From Dehalococcoidia bacterium (GTDB taxonomy: Bacteria > Chloroflexota > Dehalococcoidia > JAUQQI01): a stretch of 64,000 bases of DNA. The notes beneath the pieces are model-generated. The model did not search any database and was not told the origin of the DNA. It saw only the letters and a program-made list of their open reading frames with translations. Shown in pieces: positions 17,451-26,380 of the stretch. How positions within the stretch are numbered: position 1 is the first letter of the stretch; every line of letters starts with the position of its first letter. The stretch covers positions 26,798 to 90,797 of the forward strand of contig JBHOQU010000032.1 of NCBI GenBank assembly GCA_042408785.1, written 5' to 3'. Made by a program: the position numbers and the translations under genes.

Positions 17451-17932
17451 TCCGACCCGACCACGACCGTTTGAAGTTCGGCCCGCATCCGCTCCCAGTG
17501 GGTTCCCGGCCAGTAAACCCGGCCGCAGCTGGGACAGCGCCGGAAGTCCTCCTGGGTGGCGTGGACGTAGGGGGGCACCCGGTGGGCCACCTCAGCCTTG
17601 GCCACCGGGTGCAGGGGCGAGTTGCACGCCAGGCATCGGGAGAACCACCGCTCCGGGTTCGGAAGCTTGAGGGCTTCGACAACCTCCCGGAGCTGGCCGA
17701 GCCGGTCGTTGCTCCGAACAAACACGACCTGGAGACGCCCATCGATAACTTCGCGCCGGCGCAGAAAGGCGGTGTCCTTGGTGACAATGATGCGGCCCTC
17801 CCGCCGGGCGATGGCCAGGAGGTCCTCATCGGCGATGGGGTTGATGAACAGGGTGTCGAACCCGAGGACCCGAAGCCACTTGGCAAGGCGGCCGACGTTG
17901 TTATCGACGATAAATTTAGGGGCCGAATCCAT
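17447..17932 (-). CDS. Mut7-C/DUF82 PIN-like RNase-domain protein with a C-terminal CxxC...CxxC zinc ribbon
   Basis: N-terminal KFIVDNNVGRLAKWLRVLGFDT PIN-like segment, then CLACN...CPSCG zinc ribbon. A 4 nt overlap with the acuC-like start suggests an operon. Confidence 0.55.
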   Translation of the reverse strand: MDSAPKFIVDNNVGRLAKWLRVLGFDTLFINPIADEDLLAIARREGRIIVTKDTAFLRRREVIDGRLQVVFVRSNDRLGQLREVVEALKLPNPERWFSRCLACNSPLHPVAKAEVAHRVPPYVHATQEDFRRCPSCGRVYWPGTHWERMRAELQTVVVGSE

Positions 17933-17938
17933 TGGGGA

Positions 17939-18355
17939 TTAGCGGCCGGTGATCCGGCGCCACCAGCGCCGGATCTTCAGCCAGAGGCTGTCGCCGTACG
18001 GGGAGTAGTCTTCAATATACTGACCCCGCCACCGGGGAGTATAACGGGGCCGCCCGGCCCGAAGGACCGACCAGGTAAAACCGATTAAAAACAAAAGCAG
18101 GCCGAGCATCCCCACGTAGTAGCCAGCCCGGGGAAGCAGCAGCCGCAAGAACCAGGCGCTGAACACCAGGATGACGCTCACCAGGATGAGCTGACCAGGG
18201 TCGGTAAGGAACCCGGGGACCGGAATGGTTACCTGAAAGCCGTTGACGAACCTCCGGAAGCGGCCTTTAAGCCGGGCCCACAGGCTGCGCCTGGGACCCT
18301 GACGCTCCATCCGCTCGAAGATTTCCCGTAACTGCTCCTCAATCGGGTCAGGCAT
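17939..18355 (-). CDS. Small membrane protein (hypothetical, two TM helices)
   Basis: Start taken at MPDPIEEQLREIF (internal ATG at complement 18353-18355). The hydrophobic stretch ILVSVILVFSAWFLRLLL...GMLGLLLFLIGFTW indicates TM helices. The longer ORF to 18592 lacks support. Confidence 0.4.
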   Translation of the reverse strand: MPDPIEEQLREIFERMERQGPRRSLWARLKGRFRRFVNGFQVTIPVPGFLTDPGQLILVSVILVFSAWFLRLLLPRAGYYVGMLGLLLFLIGFTWSVLRAGRPRYTPRWRGQYIEDYSPYGDSLWLKIRRWWRRITGR

Positions 18356-18566
18356 GCCGTAAACAACCCCAATCCTATTGTATGTCACCCAGGGACCTTG
18401 TTCAACCCAATGGGAGGTAAACCAGGGGCCCCGGAGCAGACCGGCTCCCGCGCCTTGACGGCAAAACCGGGAAGCCCGGCTCGGCCCGCTGACTACTTGA
18501 CCACCGGGTGAAGTCTGGTTTATGCTTGGGCTGAAGACCCAATGGAGGGGAAGGGGATAATCGGTT

Positions 18567-19967
18567 ATGGCTTCGGCTAAACCCAGAACCATCGGGGAAC
18601 TCCGTCGGAGCGGCTACAAAGTAATATCGGTCAAAGAGGAGCTACGCAAAAACCTTATCGAAAAGGTTCGCCGGGGCGAGGAGCTGTTCCCCGGCATTAT
18701 TGGTTTTGAGGATACGGTGATTCCCCAGATTGAAAATGCCATCCTTTCGGGGCAGGATATCATCCTCCTGGGCGAGCGGGGGCAGGCCAAGACCCGGCTC
18801 ATCCGGTCGCTGGTTAACCTGCTTGACCCGGAAATTCCCATCATCGCCGGGTGCGAGATAAACGATAACCCGTATGCCCCCATCTGCAAGCGATGCCGGG
18901 ACCTGGTCGCCGAGTTCGGGGACGACGTGGAGGTCGACTGGCTGCCCCGGGAGGCCCGCTATGCCGAGAAGCTGGCCACCCCTGATGTCACCATTGCCGA
19001 CCTTATCGGGGAGGTGGACCCCATTCGGGTGGCGGAGGGCCGCTACCTGGCCGATGAGCTCACTATCCACTACGGCCTTATCCCCCGAGTGAACCGGGGG
19101 ATTTTTGCCATTAACGAGCTTCCCGACCTGGCCGAGCGGATCCAGGTGGGCCTCTTCAACATCATGGAGGAGCGGGACGTTCAGATTCGGGGTTACCGGA
19201 TCCGGCTCCCCCTGGACGTCTACGTGGTGGCGACGGCCAACCCCGAGGATTACACCAACCGGGGTCGGATCATTACCCCGCTGAAGGACCGCTACGGTTC
19301 CCAGATCCGGACCCACTACCCCCGCACCATCGAGGAAGAGATCCGGATCATGGAGCAGGAGCGCACGGCCTTCGAAGATGCCCGGTTCCAGGTAACGGTG
19401 CCCCAGTACATCAAGGAGATTATTGCCGAGGTCTCGGCCCTGGCCCGCAAGAGCCCGGACATCAACCAGCGCTCGGGGGTGAGCGTGCGGGTATCCATTG
19501 CCAACTACGAAAACGTCATATCCAACGCCCTGCGCCGGGCCATCCGCCTCGGCGAAGAGCATGTTGTGCCCCGGATGAGCGACCTTCCGGCTATCATCGC
19601 CTCCACCGCCGGCAAAATCGAGCTCGAATCCGTCGAGGACGGTCGGGAAGAGCAGGTTGTCGAACGGCTCCTGCTCAGCGCCGTCGCCCGCACCTTCAAC
19701 CGCTACTTCGAGGTCCAGCAGTTCGAGCCCCTCATCCAGCGCTTCCGGGGCGGCCTCAAGGTGGACGTGGGGGAGATGATGCCCTCGGGCCACTACGTGC
19801 GGCTGATGCGGGAGCTGGACGGGATGCTGGAGGGGGTCGCCCGGCTGGGGGCCTACGACAGCCCGGCCACCATCGCCAGCGCCGTCGAGTTCATCCTTGA
19901 GGGGCTCCATGTGAACAAGCGGCTTAACAAAGAAAGACTGCCGGGAAAGGTGGTTTACCGGTCTTAA
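18567..19967 (+). CDS. ChlI/BchI-like (Mg-chelatase-family) AAA+ ATPase
   Basis: FPGIIGFEDT (as FPFxxIVGQE in ChlI), Walker A LLGERGQAKT, VNRGIFAINELPDL (Walker B region) and VVATANPEDYTNRGRIITPLKDRYG (sensor/arginine-finger region) are colinear with ChlI. Confidence 0.7.
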   Translation: MASAKPRTIGELRRSGYKVISVKEELRKNLIEKVRRGEELFPGIIGFEDTVIPQIENAILSGQDIILLGERGQAKTRLIRSLVNLLDPEIPIIAGCEINDNPYAPICKRCRDLVAEFGDDVEVDWLPREARYAEKLATPDVTIADLIGEVDPIRVAEGRYLADELTIHYGLIPRVNRGIFAINELPDLAERIQVGLFNIMEERDVQIRGYRIRLPLDVYVVATANPEDYTNRGRIITPLKDRYGSQIRTHYPRTIEEEIRIMEQERTAFEDARFQVTVPQYIKEIIAEVSALARKSPDINQRSGVSVRVSIANYENVISNALRRAIRLGEEHVVPRMSDLPAIIASTAGKIELESVEDGREEQVVERLLLSAVARTFNRYFEVQQFEPLIQRFRGGLKVDVGEMMPSGHYVRLMRELDGMLEGVARLGAYDSPATIASAVEFILEGLHVNKRLNKERLPGKVVYRS

Positions 19968-20015
19968 GGCGGTGCGGCCGGCTCCGGCCGCCAACTTTGG
20001 GAGGGGGCTTTCGGC

Positions 20016-22022
20016 ATGCCGATTTATCGCTACTCCGAGTGGGACGGCACCCAGGATTTTAGCCTCGACCCCGACGAGCTTCTAAAGGCCCTGTCGGACG
20101 ACGTCCTGGCCCACGGGGATATCTCTCAGGCCCTGCGTCAGCTTCTGCGCCGGGGTTTCACGCGTCCGGACGGCACCCGGTTCATGGGCTTGCAGGAGCT
20201 GATGCAGCGGGTCCGCCAGGCCCGTCAGCAGCGGCTCGACCGCTATAACCTGGGGTCGATCCTGGACGACATCCGCAAGAAGCTGGAGCAGGTCGTGCAG
20301 ACCGAGCGGCAGGGGATCGAGCGCCGGCTGGCCGAGGCCCGGGCGCAGGCTCCCCAGGGGGCCGAAGACCCCCTGGTTAAGATGATGGAGAAGGTTGCCC
20401 GGCGCAAGCTTGATTACCTCGATCAGCTTCCCCCCGACCTGGCCGGTCAGGTCAAGGCCCTCAGCGACTACGAGTTTATGGACCCCGAAGCCCAGCGGCT
20501 CTTCCAGGAGCTTATGCAGATGCTCCAGGGCCAGGTGATGGATTCGTTCTTCCAGAGCCTTTACCAGCAGATTCAGAGTTTGACTCCTGAGGACCTGGCC
20601 CGGATCCGGCAGATGGTCCAGGAGCTTAACCGGATGCTGGAACAGCGGATGCGGGGTCAGGAGCCCGACTTCGACCGCTTTATGCGGCAGTTTGGGGACA
20701 TGTTCGGTCCGAACCCGCCCCAAAGCCTGGACGAACTGCTCGAGCAGATGCGCCAGCGGATGGCGATGATGCGGTCCCTCCTGGACTCCCTCTCCCCCCA
20801 GCAGCGGCAGGCCCTCCAGGAGCTTTTAGAGTCGGTCCTCAGGGACGAAGGGCTTCGGCAGGAGCTGGCGGCCCTGGCCGCCAACCTGGAGTACCTGATG
20901 CCCAGCGACGACCTGCGCAACCGCTACCCCTTCCGGGGCGACGAGCCCCTCAGCCTGCAGGAGGCGATGCGGCTCATGGAGGAACTGCAGGCCCTCGACC
21001 GGCTCGAGCAGCAGCTTCGGGCCGCCGAGCAGGGCCGGGGCCTGGACGACGTGGATGCCGAAAAGCTCCGGGAGCTTTTGGGCGAGGAGGCCCACCGGAT
21101 GATGGAGGCGCTCCGGCAGATGGCCCGCCTCCTGGAGGAGGCGGGGTACATCCGGTCCCGGGGCAACCGGTGGGAGCTGACCCCCCGGGCCATGCGGAAG
21201 ATCGGTCAGAAAGCCCTTTATGACATCTTCAACCAGATTAAAAAGGACCGGTTCGGCAAGCACGAAACGGCCTACCGGGGACCCGGCAACGAGCGGGCCG
21301 AGGACACCAAGCCTTACGAGTTCGGCGACCCCTTCCACCTCCACCTGGAAAGGACGCTGATGAACAGCCTGATTCGGGAGGGGCCGAAGGTTCCGGTCAA
21401 GCTTTCGCCCGGTGACTTCGAAGTCTTCCAAACCAGACACACCAGCCAGACGGCCACGGTGATGATGCTGGACTTGAGCTGGTCGATGGGGCTGCGGGGC
21501 AACTTCTTTGCCGCCAAGAAGGTGGCCCTGGCCTTAAGCCAGCTTATCAAAACCCAGTTCCCCCGGGACGTGCTCTACATTGTCGGCTTCTCCAGGTATG
21601 CCCGCCAGCTCACCGAGCAGGAGCTGGCCGAGGCCACCGTCGATGAGTACTCCTATGGCACCAACATCCAGCACGCCTTTATGCTCGCCCAGCGGCTCCT
21701 GGCCAAGCACAACACGGCCAACAAACAGATAATCATGGTCACCGACGGGGAGCCCACCTCCCACATCGAGGGCGGCCGGGCCTTCTTCGCCTACCCGCCC
21801 ACCCTCCGGACCCTCCAGCTTACCCTCCAGGAGGCCCGGAACTGCACCCGCCAGGGGATCATCATTAACACCTTCATGCTGGACCGCAGCTTCTACATGA
21901 TGGAGTTTGTGGAGCAGCTGGCCCGGATAAATAAGGGACGGATCTTTTACACGAGCCCGGAGCGGCTGGGCCAGTACGTGCTGGTGGACTACCTGGCCAA
22001 CAGGCGTCGGCGGATCGCCTAG
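20016..22022 (+). CDS. von Willebrand factor A (vWA) domain protein with a long N-terminal Q/E/R-rich coiled-coil region (ChlD-C-terminal-like)
   Basis: C-terminal MIDAS motif MMLDLSWSM (DxSxS) and downstream VTDGEPT. The N-terminal ~450 aa are low complexity and coiled-coil-like. The gene follows the AAA+ gene after a 48 nt gap. Confidence 0.65.
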   Translation: MPIYRYSEWDGTQDFSLDPDELLKALSDDVLAHGDISQALRQLLRRGFTRPDGTRFMGLQELMQRVRQARQQRLDRYNLGSILDDIRKKLEQVVQTERQGIERRLAEARAQAPQGAEDPLVKMMEKVARRKLDYLDQLPPDLAGQVKALSDYEFMDPEAQRLFQELMQMLQGQVMDSFFQSLYQQIQSLTPEDLARIRQMVQELNRMLEQRMRGQEPDFDRFMRQFGDMFGPNPPQSLDELLEQMRQRMAMMRSLLDSLSPQQRQALQELLESVLRDEGLRQELAALAANLEYLMPSDDLRNRYPFRGDEPLSLQEAMRLMEELQALDRLEQQLRAAEQGRGLDDVDAEKLRELLGEEAHRMMEALRQMARLLEEAGYIRSRGNRWELTPRAMRKIGQKALYDIFNQIKKDRFGKHETAYRGPGNERAEDTKPYEFGDPFHLHLERTLMNSLIREGPKVPVKLSPGDFEVFQTRHTSQTATVMMLDLSWSMGLRGNFFAAKKVALALSQLIKTQFPRDVLYIVGFSRYARQLTEQELAEATVDEYSYGTNIQHAFMLAQRLLAKHNTANKQIIMVTDGEPTSHIEGGRAFFAYPPTLRTLQLTLQEARNCTRQGIIINTFMLDRSFYMMEFVEQLARINKGRIFYTSPERLGQYVLVDYLANRRRRIA

Positions 22023-22795
22023 CGGAACGTAAGCCCCAGGAGCCCTTCCAGGTAAAACCGCAGGGCGGCCAGGCCCATCAGCTCGACCAGGGCCGCCCCC
22101 AGGGCCAGGCTGAGGCCGGGTACGGCATCAACCCAGCCGCCGAAGCTCCGGGCTTTCCCGAGAAGATAGAGGCCCACCACCAGGTTAAAGAGGCCGAGCA
22201 GGACCCAGACGCCCCCGACGCCCACCAGCGAAACCGGGTAAAGCATCAGAGCCGAGCCCGAAGCGGCGGCCCCAAAAAGTACGGCCTGCAGGAGGCCCAC
22301 CGGCGCCAGGTCGGCCCAGCCCACCGCCGGGCCGGGGACCGGCTTGCGCCAGAGGGCGCCCCCGACTACCGGCGCAAAGACCACCCCGATGCTCACCCCG
22401 GCCAGAAGGCCGGTGCCGAGCCGGAGGGTGTTGGCCGGCGGGTATGGGTGGGGCAGGCCCAGGTCGCTCAGAAAGGCGTTGAAGCCGTCGAAGGCCATCG
22501 CCCCAAAGAAGAGGAGCGTGAGGCCGACCAGGCCCAGGGGCGGCAGGCCGGCGGCCCGAAGCCCGCGGCGGACCCAGAGCCAGCCCAGCGTCAGGAAGGC
22601 TCCGCCGTAGATCCCCACCATCCGGGCCTCCAGGGGCGGCTGAGCCGAGCCCAGGAAAAGGGAGTGGGCGGGGCGCTGGGGACAGACCCCGGCGCCGAGA
22701 AAGTGGAGCTTGTCCAAAAGGCTGCCTGGGGTCAGGCCGAAACCGACTGGCAGCAGAAGGATTAGGGCGGCCGGCAAGATGAGGCTTTTTTTCAA
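22019..22795 (-). CDS. Polytopic membrane protein (possibly DUF2085-like)
   Basis: Multiple TM segments and a CPQRPAHSLF motif. A 4 nt overlap with the upstream transglutaminase-like gene suggests an operon. Confidence 0.45.
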   Translation of the reverse strand: MKKSLILPAALILLLPVGFGLTPGSLLDKLHFLGAGVCPQRPAHSLFLGSAQPPLEARMVGIYGGAFLTLGWLWVRRGLRAAGLPPLGLVGLTLLFFGAMAFDGFNAFLSDLGLPHPYPPANTLRLGTGLLAGVSIGVVFAPVVGGALWRKPVPGPAVGWADLAPVGLLQAVLFGAAASGSALMLYPVSLVGVGGVWVLLGLFNLVVGLYLLGKARSFGGWVDAVPGLSLALGAALVELMGLAALRFYLEGLLGLTFR

Positions 22796-25344
22796 CGCCT
22801 GGTTAAGATCCGCCGGATGATCCGGCCCCGAAGCCGGGTCCAGGCCGCCGAAACCTGAGCCTGCTCGGTGGGGTTAAGCTGGCGTCGGCCGAAGCGGACC
22901 TTTACGAAGGCCCCCACAACTGTCTCGATGTCGGCGCCCGTATCGGCCAGTTCCGCCCGGAGCCGTTCGGCAAACTCCAGCGGGGTCTGCCAGGGGTAGG
23001 GTTTGAGGCCCGCGAGCTGGGCCAGAACGACCGCCTTTTCGTAGGTCTGGCTTACGAGGTCCAGGGGGGCGAACCGGCGCCGCCACCAGACCAGGCCGCC
23101 GACCCCCAGCCCCAGCAGGGCTCCCACCGGCACTACGGCCAGCCCAAGGAGTCCCCGGCCGAAGTCGGAGTCGGATTGCTCGCCGAGGAATTCACCCCCG
23201 TAGAACCCCTCGTCGGGCAGCATCTCCCCGGGCCCCACACCACCCGGCCCCTCCCGGAGGACGTCGGCCCCGGAAGCCTCGCCGCCGGTCTCCTCGAGGC
23301 TTTCTACCCGGGGTACCCCTGCCCCCGCCCGGGGCGACGGCTCGAAGTCGACCCAGCCGTACTCCGGAAAGTAAACCTGGGGCCACGAGTGGGCGTCGGA
23401 CTCCCGAACCTCGTAGGCGCCGACGTCCGGGTTATAAGTGCCGCTCATGTAGCCCACGGCCACCCGGGCGGGTATCCCGATGGAGCGGAGCATCACCGCC
23501 ATGGCGGAGGCAAAGTAGTCGCAGTAGCCCCGCTTGAGGTCGAAAAGAAACCACTCGACCCCATCCCGGCCGGCCGGAGGCTGGGGGATATTGGTGTCGT
23601 AGGGGAACTGCTGGAGGTAGGCCTCAATGGCCTTGGCTTTATCGTAGCTGTTGTTAAGACCCCGGGTAAGCTCCTGGGCCAGCTGGCGGACCCGGGGCGG
23701 AAAGTTCGGGGGAAGCTGCAGGTAGCGGTCGACGATGTGCTGGGGGTAGCTTGTGCCGGCCCGGCGCAGCTCCTGACCGGTGGCGGTGGAGATCGACGCC
23801 CTGACCGAGTACTGCTGGCCGAACCGGATACCCCCGACCGGCCGGACGGCCGCCAAGTCCATATAGTTCGGCCGCCGCAGGTTCACCATGAAGCTGGCGA
23901 CCCGCCCGCCGATGATGGTGGGGCCGTAAGCCGTGTATTCGGCCGGAAGGAGCCGCTGGATAAGGCCCATCTGTTCCCTTTCGCCCAGGTCGGCCTGTTC
24001 CGAAAGGGCCTGCCGAATGTTGTTAACGGCCGCCCGCAGGTCTTCCGGGAGCTGAAAGTCTCGGGTCCGGTCCCGCAGGTCGACCAGCATGGGGGCCGGC
24101 GGGTCGTACTCGACGACCACCGGAACGTTAAACTGCATCCCCTGACCCCCCAGAAAGACCAGGCCGCTGGAGACCGCATTCAGGCGGATGACCTCGACAA
24201 TCTCCTCCCGGCCCTTGTACGCCGCGGTGGTCGTCAGGACCGTGCCGGGCGAGAGCTGAACGGTCCGGCGCTCCCCCGAAAGCCAGCCCTGCCCCGTATA
24301 CGTGTCGTAGGTGAGGCCCAGCCAGTAGTAGCGCCGGGGGCTGAAAACGTAAAGCACCACGCGGTTGCCCAGGGTGATGCTCCCCTTAAGGGCGAGGGTG
24401 CGGCCGAAATAGGCGGTATCCGTTCCCTCCTTGGCCGTAAGGGAGGCAAAGAGGCGGTTAAACTCCGACTGGGCGTCCTGGACCGGGGTGTTTATTCGGT
24501 TCCAGATGTCGGCAATGAAGTTCTGTTCCGTGGAGGCCGGCATGATGGCGGCCGCCGCCAGAATCCCGACGACTACCACGGCGACATTGGGCAGGACGGT
24601 AAGGCCCATCTCCCGGGAGTAGCGGATGCCGAAGAGGTCCCAGCGCCGCTGGAAGGCGTAGAAGTTAAGCCGCATCGCCAAAAGCAGGGCGGCAAACAGG
24701 TATATAAAGAAATAAATGGTCAGGTGGGATGGGGCATAGCGCAGGTTAAACAGCAGGGCGATGCCGACTGGGAGCATCGCACCGACGGCCGAGCGCCGCC
24801 GGAAAACAAACCAGGCGGCGCTGTAGGCCAGAAACCAGGCCAGGCCGGTGACCATAAACACAAAGGGCAGGCTGTCGTTGTTGATGCCGCCTGTCCGGGC
24901 GGCGTAGGCCCAGTAGTTAAGCCTGAGGATGAGGTCGACCAGGCGCTCCGGCCAGGTGGGCAACCGGATCACGCTCTGGACACCCCAGACAGTGATGACC
25001 AGCCCGTAAAGGGCGGCTACCGGGTGGGTTAGGTAGCCGGGTAGCCTCGTCTTGGCCAGGAGGGTTCCGAAAAGGAGCCCCCCGATGGCGATTTCGGCTA
25101 GGGGCGGCAGGTCCTCGACCCACCGGGCCCCCTGGACGGCCCAGACGGCGCTCAGGAGGGCAAAGACCAGGATTGCCAGGGTGACGAAGCCCTCCCTGGG
25201 GTAGAGCCGCTCGAGGCTGACTTCCCGACCGACCCGCCTCAGCAGGCCCGCCGGGCCTGGGGGTTCGGGTTGGGGTTCCGGGGGGCGGAGGATAACGTTT
25301 AAGTCTGCCACCGCTGCTCCTCCCTCCAATGTTAGGCGGCGCAA
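22792..25344 (-). CDS. Transglutaminase-like domain membrane protein (N-terminal polytopic region plus TGase core)
   Basis: GYCDYFASAMAVMLRSIGIPARVAVGY contains the catalytic Cys of the transglutaminase-like fold. The N-terminal ~300 aa hold several TM helices, giving an 850 aa YebA-like architecture. Confidence 0.75.
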   Translation of the reverse strand: MRRLTLEGGAAVADLNVILRPPEPQPEPPGPAGLLRRVGREVSLERLYPREGFVTLAILVFALLSAVWAVQGARWVEDLPPLAEIAIGGLLFGTLLAKTRLPGYLTHPVAALYGLVITVWGVQSVIRLPTWPERLVDLILRLNYWAYAARTGGINNDSLPFVFMVTGLAWFLAYSAAWFVFRRRSAVGAMLPVGIALLFNLRYAPSHLTIYFFIYLFAALLLAMRLNFYAFQRRWDLFGIRYSREMGLTVLPNVAVVVVGILAAAAIMPASTEQNFIADIWNRINTPVQDAQSEFNRLFASLTAKEGTDTAYFGRTLALKGSITLGNRVVLYVFSPRRYYWLGLTYDTYTGQGWLSGERRTVQLSPGTVLTTTAAYKGREEIVEVIRLNAVSSGLVFLGGQGMQFNVPVVVEYDPPAPMLVDLRDRTRDFQLPEDLRAAVNNIRQALSEQADLGEREQMGLIQRLLPAEYTAYGPTIIGGRVASFMVNLRRPNYMDLAAVRPVGGIRFGQQYSVRASISTATGQELRRAGTSYPQHIVDRYLQLPPNFPPRVRQLAQELTRGLNNSYDKAKAIEAYLQQFPYDTNIPQPPAGRDGVEWFLFDLKRGYCDYFASAMAVMLRSIGIPARVAVGYMSGTYNPDVGAYEVRESDAHSWPQVYFPEYGWVDFEPSPRAGAGVPRVESLEETGGEASGADVLREGPGGVGPGEMLPDEGFYGGEFLGEQSDSDFGRGLLGLAVVPVGALLGLGVGGLVWWRRRFAPLDLVSQTYEKAVVLAQLAGLKPYPWQTPLEFAERLRAELADTGADIETVVGAFVKVRFGRRQLNPTEQAQVSAAWTRLRGRIIRRILTRR

Positions 25345-25414
25345 CCCAAAGTGTCAAACGCGGCCCGGCGAAAGTTTGTCGGCGGCCGCGGTTTTGGGCC
25401 ATAATCAGAAGAGC

Positions 25415-26380
25415 ATGGCCGCCGTCAGATGCCGTCTGATCGTCAACCCCTCGGCCGGCGTTATGCTACCGCCCGCTCCCTCACCCGAACGCATCGTGCA
25501 GACCCTTAGTGAGGCCGGCTGGCAGGTGGACCTCGCCTTCAGTAGCGGGCCCGGCTGCGTGCCCCGGCTTGCCCGGGAGGCCGCCGACCAGGGCTACGAC
25601 GTGGTTATCGCCGGGGGTGGAGACGGAACGGTAAACGAGGCCCTGCAGGGGGTTGTCCACACCCCCACGGCCCTGGGAGTTATCCCCCTGGGGACGGCCA
25701 ACGTCTTTGCTCGGGAAGTGGGAATCCCCCTCGACCCGATCCGCGCCGCCGAGCTTCTGACCCGGTGCGAGGTCCGCCGCCTGGACGTGGGTCTCACCAG
25801 CACCGGCCGGTATTTCCTGCTCTGGAGCGGCATCGGCTTCGACGCCGAGGTGGCCAAGCAGGCCGAGCTTCGATTCAAGCGCCAGCTCGGCATCCTTGCC
25901 TACGTGGCCGCCGCCGTGCGCACCTTCTTCTGGTTTGAGGGAACCCGGGCCCACATCGAGCTGGACGGCCGGAGGTTCCGCCGCCGGGTTCTGCTGATGG
26001 TGGTGGCCAACACCCGCCTCTACGCCCTATTCCCCCTCTCGGCCCACACACGGCCGGACGACGGCCTCTTCGACGTGGTGCTTTTTGGCGGGCGGGGCTT
26101 CTTTACGAAGCTCCGGCACGTGTTCGGCTTCTTCTCCGGCCGGCACCTGCAACTGCCCAAGGTGCTCAGGTTCACCGCCCGAACGGTGTCCATCAGGAGC
26201 ACCCGGCCCCTGCCGGTCCAGGTGGATGGCGAGCTGATCGGCACGACCCCGATGAGCTTTTCCATCCAGCCGGGCGCCCTCCGCATCCTCCTGCCCCCCA
26301 CCGCCCCCTACGGCTACCCCGACGGCCGGTTGAGTCCCGGGGCCAGGGCGGCAACGGCCCCGGACCGCTCCCCGCCGTGA
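25415..26380 (+). CDS. Diacylglycerol kinase-family lipid kinase (YegS/BmrU-like)
   Basis: CRLIVNPSAG and GGDGTVNE catalytic-domain motifs. The ORF-track start at 25376 is an alternative. Confidence 0.7.
   Translation: MAAVRCRLIVNPSAGVMLPPAPSPERIVQTLSEAGWQVDLAFSSGPGCVPRLAREAADQGYDVVIAGGGDGTVNEALQGVVHTPTALGVIPLGTANVFAREVGIPLDPIRAAELLTRCEVRRLDVGLTSTGRYFLLWSGIGFDAEVAKQAELRFKRQLGILAYVAAAVRTFFWFEGTRAHIELDGRRFRRRVLLMVVANTRLYALFPLSAHTRPDDGLFDVVLFGGRGFFTKLRHVFGFFSGRHLQLPKVLRFTARTVSIRSTRPLPVQVDGELIGTTPMSFSIQPGALRILLPPTAPYGYPDGRLSPGARAATAPDRSPP

Noticed and set aside
17939-18592. Full 217 aa ORF for the small membrane protein
   Set aside because: The N-terminal 79 aa are non-hydrophobic, lack an RBS and would run into the divergent promoter region. 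The internal ATG at 18355 was preferred.
18642-19994. 450 aa ORF antisense to the ChlI-like ATPase
   Set aside because: Shadow ORF; the sense strand carries intact Walker A/B motifs.
23176-25032. 618 aa plus-strand ORF antisense to the transglutaminase-like gene
   Set aside because: Low-complexity G/P/R/D-rich translation; the opposite strand holds the conserved TGase catalytic motif.
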